Shown here: in pieces, positions 25,286 through 38,924 of the stretch | How positions within the stretch are numbered: position 1 is the first letter of the stretch | How the letters are laid out: every line of letters starts with the position of its first letter | Source of the DNA: Camelus ferus | Lineage: Eukaryota | Direction: 5' to 3' | Assembly: GCF_009834535.1 (NCBI RefSeq) | Contig: NC_045696.1 | Span: 89,964,001 to 90,028,000 of the forward strand | Length of the DNA: 64,000 nt | Translations under genes and position numbers: made by a program | Notes under the pieces: model-generated | What the model saw: the letters and a program-made list of their open reading frames with translations, nothing else | Told to the model about the DNA's origin: nothing | Database searches by the model: none

Positions 25286-27599
25286 GACCTCTTAGGAGGG
25301 AGGGGGTCGTGGTGGGGTAGACTGCTGGGCAAATGAGTAGGGTTGAGTGATATTTGGGGCCATGCTGTGACAAAAGGAGCACATACTAAACCAGAAAACC
25401 CAAGACCCAGAATGTCCAGCTCTCATCACCACTGTGAAATTGACAAGTGGACTTACTTCACAGAACTGCAGGTGCCTTGTCACTATAGTGGGCAGAGTCA
25501 CTACCCAGACCACATCCTCCATCACTGTCATTGACCTGCTCAAACCAGTGCCCTGAGTCCCTTCAGTACACAATCCTATATTAGACAACCAGATAAAACG
25601 GGAGAAGAATCTCCTCTTTAACTTGCTCGGTGATGTTGGAAGTTTGCATCTTGAACAAAGGAGGAAAAGCCTTCATACACTATCAGAAGTTATTTAATTT
25701 CTGAGTAAGAATAAACAACCAGCAGAAAGGGACTGAGTTAATGACACACCTCCTAGAATGCTAGATTCTCGAAGAGCTATCACATATGGGTCAAAAAGCA
25801 GTTAGAAATTTAAGAGTCAACTAAAAACCCATTGTACCTTATCAAAAAGAATCTGTGTTACTTGTCTGTGGGCTCAGCTGTAATCATCGAGCTAAAAAGA
25901 AAGCTGACTGAGGCGGCTTCCCCCTCTTCCAAACGGCACACACAGCAATCTGCACAATTATGCTCCACTGCTGCTCACACGGCCCCAGAACAAGCGTGGT
26001 GATTGGGCATTTACAATTTGCTTGGTTCGCCATCACAGATCCTCCCTCTGCTTTGGTAGTTGGGGGCCAGGAGCATCCAGAGGAACCATTAAGGGGTGGC
26101 CACCATTTTATCCTTATCTGCTTCAAGAGAGAAGCACGTTGGACCCTGTCACTGAGGTTGTGAGGGGATCCCCAAGAGGCACCTGGGAAACAGAGACAAG
26201 AGGACGGAAACTCCCTAAGGAAACAGCAACTGCTGTTAAATCACGTCTTCATATTTTGACTCACTTCTGCTTTCATAAACCATCTGGCCCTTAGTTTTCA
26301 TGTTCAGAAAATGATGTTGACCCATCAAATCATTTCACCTACCCTTCTAGCTCTCAGACTGGCAAGTATTCTTGTTTTGGAACATTCCAAAAGGAAAACC
26401 AGAGTCTATAGATGAGAATAACTTTTAACCACTAGAACTTTAAACAGTCTTTCAAGTTGCAAATGGATCTTCAAGAGGCTAGTGAAGCTATGGACATTCT
26501 CCTTTGGAAAATGTGAACATGAACTTACATGTTTACACACATTTTTGAGTAACCTATAAGTCAGTGGGATCTTGGAAGTGAACTGACTTGCCCAAGGTCA
26601 CACACTAATTACACAGGACTGGGGAAGAACCCGTCTCCCAGCTTCTGGTGTGGTGTATTTCATGCTCTCACATTCTATGCACTGGAAAATAGACTTGCCA
26701 AGTGAGTCGAACTGTGAGCCCCATGAGGGTAGGGATCATAGTGGTTCTGCTTTCCAACCTAGCCCATAAATGACTCACTCACTCATGGAGAAGAGTGAAA
26801 AAATTAGATTAAAAATGACTGTCAGTAGTTTTGTTCTTAATACTGGCATTTTATACTTTCAACTCTCAGCAGATTTGGTCCTCTGTTCAACTTGTTTTGA
26901 ATACAATTTGAAGCAATGTTTTTTCACACACATGCACACACTGACCTCCATAAAGAATCACCTGGGCATTCTTACATAAGTGCACCAGCATTAAGTATAT
27001 CATAGAATCATACTTTAATAACTTTTTTCCAAATCTTATTTTTACCCACCAGAATGTTTAACTGTACACAAAATACCTTTGGCTGGATTTTTCTAAATCA
27101 TACTATTACAGAAAATCCAAATCTTCACTTTTCAAAGGAATCCTGGAGTGATTTTTACATCTATTGGATGTAAAATTATTAAATCAGGTTATAATTAATA
27201 TTAACTTCTATATGTATATATATACAATAAGCCCAAGTGTACAAGTATTGAGTGTAAGTCAGCTTATTATTCTTCAGTTTCTATATTACTGCCTTTTCTT
27301 CTGGCAAAAACATATGTTCCCTATTTCTCTCATTTCATACCCCATAGGTCAGTTTCAAGGCCTCCCTGTGATCACTGATACACTTTTCTTAGCTTTTAAT
27401 TCATTGCCTTCTTCACCTCTTTCTTACACGTATCTTTCTTTCTGCACTCAGATTCTACAACTGTCATTAAACCAAGGCAGATCCTCATCAGAGCACAGAA
27501 CTCCTCCCCCGTCCTTCTTTAACCACCTCCCTCACAGGCACATTGCCATTTCACTCAATTCAGCCTAGACAGGCTCCCCCTTTCTTCCTTCATCTATCT

Positions 27600-27980
27600 G
27601 TAAGGCTTCTGAAAAGTCAGTAAAAAAAAATGTGGTGGAGTCTTGAACACAGCCTTGATGTGATGGGAAGGCCAGAAGCCAGATCCTTTTCCTCTCTGCC
27701 CAGCAGAGCCAAGGAAAGGGCATGTGGATAGAGTGCAATTAATCCGGTGTTCTCTTCCAGGACTCTGAATCTTCAGCAAGGGAACAGGACAAAAGCATCA
27801 GATTCACTTAGGGATCACAACCCCACCCCGGCCCTTCCTGCTGAAGGACCACAGCTGAGGTTCCCTCTTCCCATCAGTTCTGAAAGCCCCACCATTACCA
27901 ATCCTGCCCATCAGCTCCCTTTCACTTAAGTCAGCCCAAGCAGCTTCCGTGGTTGCAACCGAAGAACCCTGACTAACTCA
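27600..27980 (+). mobile_element. Old MLT1-like LTR
   Basis: 3' terminus GGTTGCAACCGAAGAACCCTGACTAA. Confidence 0.5.
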
Positions 27981-28219
27981 TGAGGAAACCAAGGGAGCAG
28001 GTTAACCCAGGTCACCCCACTTCCTCCCTGACGCCATAGCCCCAGCATACCACTAGGCGGTTAACTGCTTCTCCTCTCCCAGGTATTTCAGGAGGTCACC
28101 CTGTCTACTGGTAGAAAAATTCATGAACCAGGAGACAAGATATCTGGATACTGGCCCTGGCTATGCCAATAACCACCTATGAGTCTCAGTGCTATTCATT
28201 CACCCTCTAGGGAGCAAGA

Positions 28220-28510
28220 AATAGTACCGGCTTACATCCACTGAGCACTTACTATGTGCCAGGCAGTGTTCTAATGCTTACACAATAGTTTACAGTTGAT
28301 AATAATAGTCATAGTTAATAAGTTATTATATAATAGTTTACATGTGAGCGATTTACTTCACAACAGTTTTATGCAGATATTACAGTTATTCTCCTTTTTC
28401 AGATGAAAACTGAGACATGGAGAGGCTTAGTATCCTCAAAGTCACTGGGAAGCAGCTTGAACCCGGAAAATCTGAAGGACGTGTGTTCTTAGCCACTACT
28501 CTGTGCTGCC
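28220..28510 (-). mobile_element. MIR SINE
   Basis: ACTGAGCACTTACTATGTGCCAGGCA...CAGATGAAAACTGAGACATGGAGAGG. Confidence 0.8.
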
Positions 28511-28791
28511 CTCCTGGGTTCTGGTGTCTTTCCCTCTCAGCTGTGATTGGACTACTCTGAGGTTCTCAGTCTCTGCCTGAGAGAGATTCATGCTCTAACT
28601 GTGGACCACAGTGACCCAGCATCACGGGTCCAGGGCTGCTCTGCCATGACTGTCTGAAGCACTAGCTCCCTCCTGAGGGCCCTGGTCCCTCCCTCAGCTC
28701 ACACTGACTGGTCAGAGTTATGCCCTCAGAGCCCGTTTAACCAAGACAGAGGAGAGCTCTCTTCTTGCCACATCCACGATCTTCAACTAAA

Positions 28792-29283
28792 CTGTCTGCT
28801 CCTGTTGCTGCTGTAACAAACTGTCACAAATACAGCGGCTTACACCAGCACAAAGGTACTATTTTGCAGCTCTGGAGATCACAAGTGTGAAATGGGTCTC
28901 CCTAGGCTAAAGTCGAGGTGCTGCAGAGCTATGCTCCTCCTGGAAGCACAAGGAGAGAATCGGTTTCCTTGCCTTTTCCAGCTTGTAGAGGCTGCCTCCA
29001 TTCCTTGGTTCATGGCCCCTTCCTCCAACATCAAAGCCAACAGTGTGGCATCTTTTCAAATCTTTCTCTGACTCTGACTCTCTGCTTTGGTCATTACAAC
29101 TTCTATGCCTCTTTTAAGCATTTTTGTTGTTATAGTTAAGGCCCACCTAGATAATCTCCTGATCTCAAGGTCCTTAACTTAATCTTACGTGCAAGGTCCC
29201 TTTTGCCATGTAAGGTGACCTAGTCACAGGTTCCAGAGATTAGGATGTGGAAACCTTGAGGGCCATTATTCTACCTACCACAC
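28792..29283 (-). mobile_element. MLT1 (C/D-like) solo LTR
   Basis: TTGCTGCTGTAACAAA...CCCTTTTGCCATGTAAGG...GGCCATTATTCTACCTACCACA. Confidence 0.85.
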
Positions 29284-29469
29284 TGTTTCAATACACAAGA
29301 GTTAAATCTGTCGTAACAATGGGAAGTACTTTGGACATCTAAATCCAGAAATAACGGTGGGAATTCCACATTTCTTGGACTATTCTAAATGAAAATTTAT
29401 TAAAGGATCTAATCCTGTGCCAGGAAATGGAGGCAGACATCCAGAAGAAGGGAAACTCACAAGTTGGGA

Positions 29470-30170
29470 TTCCCTTTGATTAACAAAAGCAAAAATTGTG
29501 TGAGCTTTTATTTCTCAATGCTTTTTTCAGCCTACCTTTTATTGTTTAAATTCAGAAGCAGTTGGCTTTTCAAGCCCAGTGAAGCTCTAAATTTCTGGAT
29601 TCTCTATATCATCTTCCTTTTTTAGTCTCAAACCAGCCAATTTTTGCTTGAATATCTTGTCTAATGTAGCAAGAAAATCCATTACCAAATATCCTGCCAC
29701 CGAGTTTCCACCTTTCCAGCCTGTAATATCTATTTCCTTACTCCCTAATTGCAAATTTAGAACCATATATTTTAGGTCTCCTTATGGCAATACTCACTTC
29801 ATGGTACCAATTTCTACGTTAGGGTAGTATCAGTTGTTGTAACAAATTGATCTCAAAGGGTCGCCTGCTCAACTGAAGTTTATTTCTTATACAGGCCAAT
29901 GTGAGTGTTCCTGGTTGGTGAGGTAATTCACGAGGTAATTCAGGGCCCGGGGTTCTTTGTGCTCTGCCTTCAGTTCCCAGGTCCTAGTTGCCACCATTTA
30001 CAACTAGCTCACTTGAAGGGGAAAAGAACAAGTGAGGACCACTGACACATCTTTAAGTTTTTGAGCCCAGAAGTGGTACACTTTTCTTCAGCTCAGGTTC
30101 CACAGGTCAAAATCATTGGCCAACCTGCAAGGGAGGCCAGAGAGTGTAGTCTACATCTGTTTCTAGAAAG
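29470..30170 (-). mobile_element. Old MLT1 5' LTR with adjacent internal fragment
   Basis: MaLR LTR/internal junction GGTACCAATTTC at about 29803-29814. Confidence 0.6.
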
Positions 30171-31619
30171 TATACACTGTGGTTGGTTTAATCTCACCAA
30201 AGCGAGCATTCCGGGGTGACTGATCCATTTGCTCTACTCTGTTTTAGAAGGTAGTCAAAAATTCCTGGGAGCTATGCCTCTGAGATTCCATAATTTTCCA
30301 TTTTTAATATTATTCAGATCACTGTAGTATCACCCAACTTTCAAAGTCCTTTCGTTAAAAGTAGAAAAACGGTGGAGTGGAGTGCAGTGGAAAGGACACA
30401 GATTTTCGCATTAGAGTTGTATTTAACTCCTGGATTTCTCTCTTCACTAGCTATTTCATCTTTGATTAGTTACTTCATGTCTTTGAACTCTCTCTTTTTT
30501 TTTTTTCAAGAGAAAAAGAAAACTTTACTCAAGATTACCTTTTCCATATGTCTCATAGTCTAACCACCAACATCTCAACGGTAAAGCTAACAGCTTTTCA
30601 TCATTCCTTTAACATCATCAGGTCAACCTATTACTCTCATGGAGAACATGCCCAGGGGAAGTGAGTGCTCACCCAGCTACATCGCTAGGCTATCAGAAGA
30701 GTTAATACTGTATTTATTATACCCAGCAGCATGCTTTGTATATACTAGATGCTCAGTAATGTTAGATTCCATGATTTTCTCCTTTCCCCATTCCAGTTGT
30801 TTAGAATCATAGAAACTTGCCTCTGTGAGGAAACGCTGGTGCAGTGAAGTATACATGTTTTTCTACTTGATTAAAATTTCACAGTCCATCTAGTTACCCT
30901 ATAACCATTGAGGAAATGTCTCCATTTCTGCCACACATTCTTCGTTTAATAGGATAAAGCTCATTTTGGAGACTGCTGGAGAGCACTTTTCATTAGGATT
31001 TACAGGACCTACTTTTACAATTCAAGGCCTTAGGGTGTTTACAATTCAACCAGAGAGTCAGAGTACACAAAGGAGAAAGCAGCCTTCCCTGGACCACTGG
31101 TTACAAGCTGGGGGCCACAGGACACACCAGCCCAGGGGCATGATTTGTCTGTAAGTACTATGCTAGTCAAAATTTTTTATTTGGTTTCCAGCATTTAAAA
31201 GATACGATATTATATTGCACGTTCTGGCTTCTGGAGAAAAACGGGAAGTACTGGCCACACCAGGCCCGGGGTACCACCAGGTAATGACGTGCTCAGTTGA
31301 CAGTAGCTGTGCTTTTTGCACAGGCGAAACAATGCGGGTTTGCCTCAGCTCCCTGCCTCCCTCAGCTCCGTACTTACCAGCATTCCCTGCCTGGCCCACG
31401 TAGGCAACTGAGCTTGTGCCCCATGCTCTGGATCCTATGGTCTGTAAGGTACAACCAAGATTGTCACTTGCATAGTTCCTATCCCTTAACGAGAAAATTT
31501 GTTGGATCAAGCAAGTCACATGATTTTCAAAGTTTTCTAATAGCCTACGAAAATCATTCTCACATTTGAGAATGTACTTCTCACTAGCTGATCCCAGGTG
31601 GGCTCAGATGCCATGATCA

Positions 31620-32140
31620 GAGCTGTGTTTCAGCCCACTTTACCTGGGTCTAAGGTAGACTGAAGGTGGGAAAGAACAGTTAGATAACCAGGGCATTCAT
31701 TTAGAAGAGAGGGAATGGTGGTTTGAACTAGGGCAATGGTAGCAGCAATGGAGAAATGCCAGATGCAGGAGATTTTGAGGAGGCAGAATCAACAGGAGCT
31801 AACAGTTGATTGGACTGTAATACTTACCTACCCTTCACCGACTCCTTGGATCTGACTGAACTTTCCACATCCCATGCTCCCCACTTGTCAGGCTCTAATT
31901 CTCACCTTCTCATTTCTGCCTAACATTCTCATAGGCCACTTGTACATGAGTGCCAAAGGAAAAGGAGGCATCAAAGTTGAGTCTGATTTGGGGGTACCTT
32001 TCATGAAGACAACAAATGCAGGAGAATGGGCAATATTTGTTTTCTTTTTCAGAGGCTGGGGCATGGGAGAAGGTTGGAGGTGGGGGAAGTTAAAAGGTTT
32101 AGTCTGGAGCATAAGAATCAAGCAATGGATGGTGACGTCC
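31620..32140 (-). mobile_element. L2 fragments
   Basis: GGTGGTTTGAACTAGGGCAATGGTAGCAG...GAGGAGGCAGAATCAACAGGA. Confidence 0.6.
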
Positions 32141-32149
32141 AGTAAGTAG

Positions 32150-32330
32150 TGGCATAAGATAATAGCCAATCACACCGACTCTAGAACCAGAATGGCTGGG
32201 TTTGGATCCTAGCTATGTGACACTGAGTAAGTAAGCTGCTTAACTTCTCAGAGCCTTAATTTCCTCTGAAAAACGGGAATTAATCATTGTGCCTGCTTCA
32301 TAAGTGTAGTGCAGGAGTGAGTTTGGGATC
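32150..32330 (+). mobile_element. MIR SINE
   Basis: CTGGGTTTGGATCCTAGC...CTTAACTTCTCAGAGCCTTAATTTCCTC. Confidence 0.65.
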
Positions 32331-32458
32331 TCAGAATGAGACATGAGCCATCTCAGGCATGGACAATGAATGTGTTCCCTTGGGAAGACACTGGAGAGGG
32401 AAGAAAGCCAAGTGTAGAGCTCTGCTGGGGGGGCAGAGAGGCAGATGGGGCCCTAGGG

Positions 32459-32635
32459 CAGCAGTTCTCAAATGTGGCTGCATATTATAATCACCTGGAC
32501 AGCTTCCAAAAATACTAATGTCTGGTCTGACTCCCCAGAGATGCTGGTTGAACTGTTTTGGCACGTGGCCTGAGTGTTAAGAGATTTAAAAGTCACCCAG
32601 GTGATCCTAATATGAAGACAGTTTTGGGAACCACA
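32459..32635. mobile_element. MER5B-like hAT MITE
   Basis: CAGCAGTTCTCAAA...ATAATCACCTGG...CCAGGTGATCCTAAT...TTGGGAACCAC. Confidence 0.8.
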
Positions 32636-32789
32636 TTCCCAAGGAAAGAATTTCTCATTTTAAAATGGGCTCCATCCATCAAAATGTAGCTCTAAATGTA
32701 AATTCCAATAAAGTCCTTTCTTACAACATTACTGTATGTCAAGGGCTTGTTAGAAGATATAATAAAAATAATAGCTACCATTTACTAGC

Positions 32790-33030
32790 AATTAGAGTAA
32801 AATAACGTACTGATTTTGCGCATGGGCTCTGAAATTAGGCCTGGGTTCAAATCACAGCTCTGCCAGTTAACTGTGTGAATCTGAGAAAGTTACTTACCTT
32901 TCTATGCTTTAGGATAACATCACTGTCTATCCTAGAGGGTTATTTGTGGGGTAAATGCATTAATACGTGAAAAGAACTTAGAAAAGTGCCTGGCACAGAG
33001 TGGCACTTAATAACAATTTGCTATTATTAT
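32790..33030 (+). mobile_element. MIR SINE
   Basis: CCTGGGTTCAAATCACAGCTCTGCCA...CTTAGAAAAGTGCCTGGCACAGAGT. Confidence 0.8.
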
Positions 33031-33315
33031 CCTTATTGCCATTATTGAGTGTTTATCCTCTACTAGGCACTTTACTATATACTCTGTACTTTACAAGCAA
33101 TAGGGTGGTTTACTGAGATAGTAGCTGGTATCTAGTCTTTCTGATGCTTAGGACCCATCAGCAAAAATAAAGGTTGTTTCTTTTCCTTTCGAGAGATGAT
33201 CTGATACACCACTGAGTTACGAGACTGGTGCTCACTTGCATTGTTGAGGGGGAGGGATTGTGACAGTTTTTGTGTGTCAGGCCTGATGAGAAGACTTGAG
33301 CTGGTCTATACCAGG

Positions 33316-35720
33316 TGTGATGGATGTTGCAGTATATTCCCTGGATGCACTTTTAGGACAATGGCACTCATTTCCCTGACGCCCAGAGAGTTGGCTATTG
33401 ATGGCTCACAGCTGGGCGTTGCCCTTGGCCAAAAGAAACTGCTTTCAGGAAACGCACACACCCTCCCCTGGGGGCCATCCACATCCAATGACCACAGAGG
33501 TAGAGGTGGAAAGTCCTGGTTCCTTTGCATCAATTTAGGACATCTCTGATGGGAAATCAGCACTCCAGAGTTCTTGGTGGGATCAGCTGAAGCTCATGTT
33601 CCAGCTTTTTCACTGTTTCACTTTTCCTTTCTCCCCAATTCTGCTGCTGTGGTTCCTTCAGGGACACTGTTCCTGAAAGCATACCCAGAAAAATTTTCTG
33701 CACAAGAACCTCCATCTCACGGTTGTTTTCCAGGGCATATGAGCTAAGACAGTTGGTGCAAGAGTGACCCAACCAAGGAGATTACAAGATGGGATTTTGG
33801 AGAGAGGTCATCTGCCCACTGCAGTGATGATTCTATCACTACTAGTAGGGGAAGAATGAATAGTTTTAGCAAGTGCAACTGTTAAAATTTTCAACCAGTG
33901 GTGAACTTGGAAGAGATACCAGAGGAAGAGAATGTACTGGCAGATGCAATATATCATATGTTTGATAAATTCTGGGAAAGTAATCATTAATTAATAAGAA
34001 TAATTGAATAACTGTATATGGTAATATTTCCTGAGTCCTTCCCAAAAGGGATCTATGAGCATTTATTCAGGTATCCATACAATGAAGAAAGAGAAATATT
34101 GAGGCATTTTGAGGACTCTGGACACTGATACCACTTGCCTATCAAGTAGACTGAATGACTCAAGCACTTGATGACAGTCAGCCTCTGTCACTGGACCCTA
34201 CCAGTTCTGGCCAATGGCCATATGAACAGATAGCCATGGAGGCAGGGATGGAGGGTACACATGGGCCCAACAGCATGGGGTTCCTTGCACCAAGTCTTAC
34301 CTAGCTTTCACTGCTGACAAATGTCCCGCCTGCCAGTAAAAAAGCCCGATGGTCCTCCATATGGCACCATCCCTTGAGAAGACCAAACATCTACTTAGGG
34401 GTAAGCTGATTACATTGAACCCCTTCTATTTAAAAGTGGCAGTGATTATCTTGATTGGAAATGACACATATTCTAGCTGTAGATTTGCTTTCTCTGCCCA
34501 CAGGGTCTCAGCCTGCCCTACTGTTTAAGGGCTTATAGAATGGTTGGTCCACCAATATAGAATCACACACAGTACCACACCGAACCAAGGAAACCACTTT
34601 CGAGCAAAGGAAGTATAGCAGTGAGCGTGTAAGTGTGGGATCCAGTGCTCCTGCCATTTACTGCACAAGCCATAAGCTGCTGGACTCGCTGACCTTTGGA
34701 AGGCTTACTGAGGTTTCAGTTTGGAGACGGCAGCTCTCAAGTACTGTCTGCCACCAACAGAACACGTGGATCTGGCACCAAGGGGGGTTAAGTAGGAGTG
34801 GCCACACTATCATTACTCCCGGTGACTTACTTGGGGAAATGATGTCTCATCTTCACAACTCTACGCTCATCAGGTCCACAGGTCCTGGCCAACAGAGAGG
34901 GAGTGCTTCCCTCTGACCAGTGTCTACTTGGGTGTCCCTTGGTACTCTCATACCCAATTTTGAAGGTTAAAAGTAGAGGTCACAGACCAAGAAGGGCATG
35001 GTAACCACGGAATCAGATCCTGCAGGGATGACATTCTGGTTTGCCTCACAAAATAAGCCACTTTGACTTGCAGAAGTGCTGACTGAGGGTGAAGGGTGGA
35101 TAGTAGAGGAGAGAACTGACGCATATCAGCATGGCCCTGAGACCAGCTGCTGTGAAGCGGCTGAGGTTCATCTTCTAACCTTCTACTGTAAGTCTCCCCT
35201 GGAATGAGGCTAACCAGAATTCCTGATGGCCTGTTCCCAAATGGGGAACTTAGTATTTGAAGACAGTGGATCTGAGCATGAAAGCGGTGAACTGTTGCAG
35301 ATGCTGTGGTGCATGGCCCAGGTGGTCCTTCAGGAGCAAGACACCCAAGCCCCCGGATGCCAGGCGTGTCGGCCACTGGTGGCACACAGCAGAACCCTCC
35401 CAGGAACTGCTCTTGGCTGAAGAAGGCCTCCTTGCTCAAAGTTACACCACCTCCCACAGGCGGTACATATTCGATAGCTGATAATGCAGGGATACAAAAG
35501 CCAGGTGCTCTCACCTCAACTCCAGACAACTCTGATAGGCCACTCTAGTCCCCGAGTTCCCAGCTGAGGCCTTTATTACAACTCCCTCACAGTTCAACTC
35601 CTCCCTCTGCCCAACCCTACCTCCTTCGCTCCCTCATACAGGTGACTGATGAGGGAACCCTCCCAGGAGTGTCCTGACGCACGTATCTATGTCAGAGTCT
35701 TAGGGAATAAATCTACAGCA
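33316..35720 (+). mobile_element. Two-LTR ERVL (LTR16-type) proviral remnant with a deleted internal region and integrase fossil
   Basis: 5' LTR 33316-33751 is followed by PBS-like GTTGGTGCAAGAGTG. Degenerate integrase at about 34210-34630. PPT-like AAAGCGGTGAAC precedes the 3' LTR at 35293-35720. Confidence 0.8.
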
Positions 35721-37659
35721 CGAGAATAAAGGTTTTGCACTTAATGGATAAAAGACAAACTTCCCTCAACCCTAAATTTGCCCTTGATGAGAGTGGCAAA
35801 GCATGGATTCTAAAGGAAATTTGCCTCCAAAGCATGTAATTACTAATTAATAAAAGCAAAAGGAGAGACATGTCAGGGAGAAAGCATGCTTAAAGGAGCC
35901 AAAATTCTGATTTTTCCAAACAAGGTCACCTACCAAGATGCTTTGTAAAACAAACTCCCCCAGTGCTTTCAGCATAAGTTCACGTGTGAACTTAGCTAAG
36001 TTGGAGGATTTTCTTCTCGCCCTCTGGATTTTAACAGGACAGTGTCATTCCTCTGGGGAGGAAATGTCAGCTTCATAAGAGAAATTATTTTCTGCTAAAA
36101 TATATGAAAGGGCTTCGATGGCCCTGCTGGTCTCCTGTAGGGAGAAATGTACCAGAGATACTGACAAGAAAGTCATCATAATGATAAAACATAGACCTCC
36201 ATACAGCCCCTGACGGGGAGAACAGAAAACAGAGCTTGTGCCCGACAGCCTCTGTTTCCCGAATAGACTTTATAACCTTGGCCAGGGTGTTTTCAGAAAG
36301 GCTTTATACTAACTTGTAACGGAGATAAAATCTCCCTGTTAAAATAGCTATAATATTAGTCACCTCAGGGGGATGCTGTCAGGCTTTGCAAAGTGCTTTG
36401 TAGTGCCTCAGATAAAAGCAGAGATAAGGCTACAGTGTTATTATTTTTCAGCTTGGAGGGCTATGTGGCTAAGCTTCTGCATGAACTCACTCTAATAAAC
36501 CAACTCAAAAACCTTATATTAGCTATAAATCCCATCGCCCACTTCATTTTGGTGATGACAGGGAAAACAAGATGACCAGTTGCTCCCTGGGCCTTGGGAA
36601 GTGTCAGACTCCCAGCCTGGGGAACAAGAGAAACTGAGCAGTGAATTTCAGGTGGTGCCTCACTGGGGAAGGCGGGGAGGTAACCACTGCTGCTCCCTCC
36701 CCCTGATCATTATGTCTTTGGACAAAATCTAGATTCTCAATCTAGAACCAAGATGCTCATGATCAGACCTCAGCCTTCTCCCCTTCCTCTTCATCCTCTT
36801 AACTTACAGAGTCAGGGAGAGCTAACTGTATACCAAAATCCACACTCCTGTCCTGAGTATAAAGTTGTTCTGGGAAGCAGCTGCCAGCCAGGTAGGGCCA
36901 CAGGACCTGTTCTCACTATGCGATAGGTGTCCCTTTCGAGCCTGGGTAAGGTTAAGAGGAGTTATATTTTTCCCACTCCCATCCACTGACTACATACATG
37001 CCAGGGGCTTTGACATTCCATGGGATGGTGAAGGCACTGAATTGAAGAACTCCTGAGAATAGGAACATCCCCATAGGACTGTATGTAGATTCCTTTTCCC
37101 CATCTTCTAGAGGGTATGAAAGATACAAAATAAACAATAAAATAAAAATCACCTCTTATCCACTATAGCCCCAGCTTCCCTTTCCAAATTTCCTTTGACA
37201 GAAAGAAGCACATTAGCTGTAGTAGTTATATCTTTGACTAGTAATTTTCCCTCCCAAACATCCCACCACAGTTGCTATCTTCTGCATCCTACCCTCTATT
37301 ATATAAAAGTTCTACTCGTGACATGGGACTTGACATAAGCCTGCCCCTACAATATGAATTCAGAAGTGCCAAGAAGTCCCCCATGGCTAAATTCCTTCTC
37401 CCCCAATCCCATTACCACCACCTTCCCCAACTAAACCTGTAATTTCATGCTTAGAGTATCATCCCCTCTGGCTTAAATCAAATTCCAGTTTAAAATATAA
37501 ATCCTCTTACAGGGACAATTCCTGAAACTATTAAATGAACTTTATTATAAAAAGTCAGCTTTTATTAATTCAACTATCCAACAAGTAATTTCTTCAATTT
37601 CTACTATGAGCTGGATACACTGATTTAATAAAGGTGACACTTGATTTTAAATCACAGGG

Positions 37660-37990
37660 TGAAGGAAGGGGATACCAAGGAAGGTCTGAGAAATTGCCAT
37701 AATCAAGAGGAGCCCGAGAAGGAATGAAAACTAATTGTAATATAGTATCCTGAATGGGATCCAGGAACAGATGAAGGATAATAAGTAAAAATAAGAGAAT
37801 CTGAGTAAAATATGGGCCTTACTTAATAATTTATCAGTATTAGTTTATTAATTATAACAAATGCACCATAGACTGTAAGGTATTAAAAATAGGGGAAACT
37901 GGGTGTGGCGTATATGGAAACACCCTATACTCTTACCAACTTTTCTGTAAATCTAAAACCGTTCTAAAAGATTAAGCCCATTTCAAAAAA
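37660..37990 (+). mobile_element. Old L1 3' end (L1MC/MD-like)
   Basis: TATCCTGAATGGGATCCAGGAACAG...AATAGGGGAAACTGGGTG...CAACTTTTCTGTAAATCTAAAAC. Confidence 0.8.
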
Positions 37991-38019
37991 GAAAAGAAAG
38001 GAAGGCTGAAAACACTAAT

Positions 38020-38500
38020 GACAATGGCAGAGGCATCTACAACCCCTCCTTTTCCTAACAGTGCCCAGATTTCCTTTAAATCACCTCTCCCTTAACCTCA
38101 GTGGCCAGCTCGGATGGGACTGTCCCCCTTCCAGGTCCAGTGAAGAGCTCTCCTGGTTTAAGCCAATTAGAACATCCCACCCACCCAGCCACAGTGATTG
38201 GTTCAAAAATGGGCAGGTAACCAATCAGAGCAGTAGGATTCCAGGAGCTGCTTGCCGGGGCCTTAGGAGAGAAAGCCTTTTTACTCTTCCTCTGGACCAG
38301 GCTGTGAGAATCTGAGGCTTCCATGCAGCAGTTATTTCACTACCGTGAAGAGAATGAGATTGAGGGATGCTAAGAGACAGTCACATCCAAAGGAAGCAAA
38401 GCTGAGAAGCAGGTCCTGGCGCCATTATTTGAGCTTCCTAGGCTATGACTAGTTCATGAGGACACTGCATTTGGGTTTCTGCCAATTGCAGCATGAAAAA
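38020..38500 (+). mobile_element. Old MLT1 (K-like) LTR
   Basis: TGGTTTAAGCCAATTAGAACATCCC...CACAGTGATTGGTTCA...GGGCAGGTAACCAATCAG. Confidence 0.6.
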
Positions 38501-38738
38501 TTGTAACCAAGCTCATGGACATACACGGGTCACAGTGCTACCCGTGGTGGCCACCTGTCTGAGCGGGGAAGGGTACCCCCGGAGAGAGGTTCCATCCTTG
38601 CTGAAGTCAGCAGGCCTTGTGGAAGAGCTACGTTCACTTAAAGGGGCACACACACTCACAATTTCATGGTGCTTGTTTCTAAGTTTGAAAACAGAGGAGC
38701 AAAAAAAGTGAGGTAGTGTCAGACCATACATAGGCCCT

Positions 38739-38924
38739 CATAATTTTTCATAATATCTTCGTATGATATTCTGTATTTCCATGTTATTTGTTGTAATTTC
38801 TCCATTTTCCTTTCTTATTTTGCTTATTTGTGCCCTCTCTTTTTTCTTCTTTGTTAGTTTGGCCAGAAGTTTGTCAATTTTACTACTTTTTTAAAAAAAC
38901 AGCTTTTGGTTTGATTGATTTTCT
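38739..38924 (-). mobile_element. Isolated internal L1 ORF2 fragment (about 186 bp)
   Basis: The reverse complement aligns to about 15945-16132 of the full-length L1, roughly 90% identical by eye. Confidence 0.9.

Noticed and set aside
34948..35529. 193-aa minus-strand ORF
   Set aside because: Lies antisense across decayed ERVL internal and LTR sequence; no motif.
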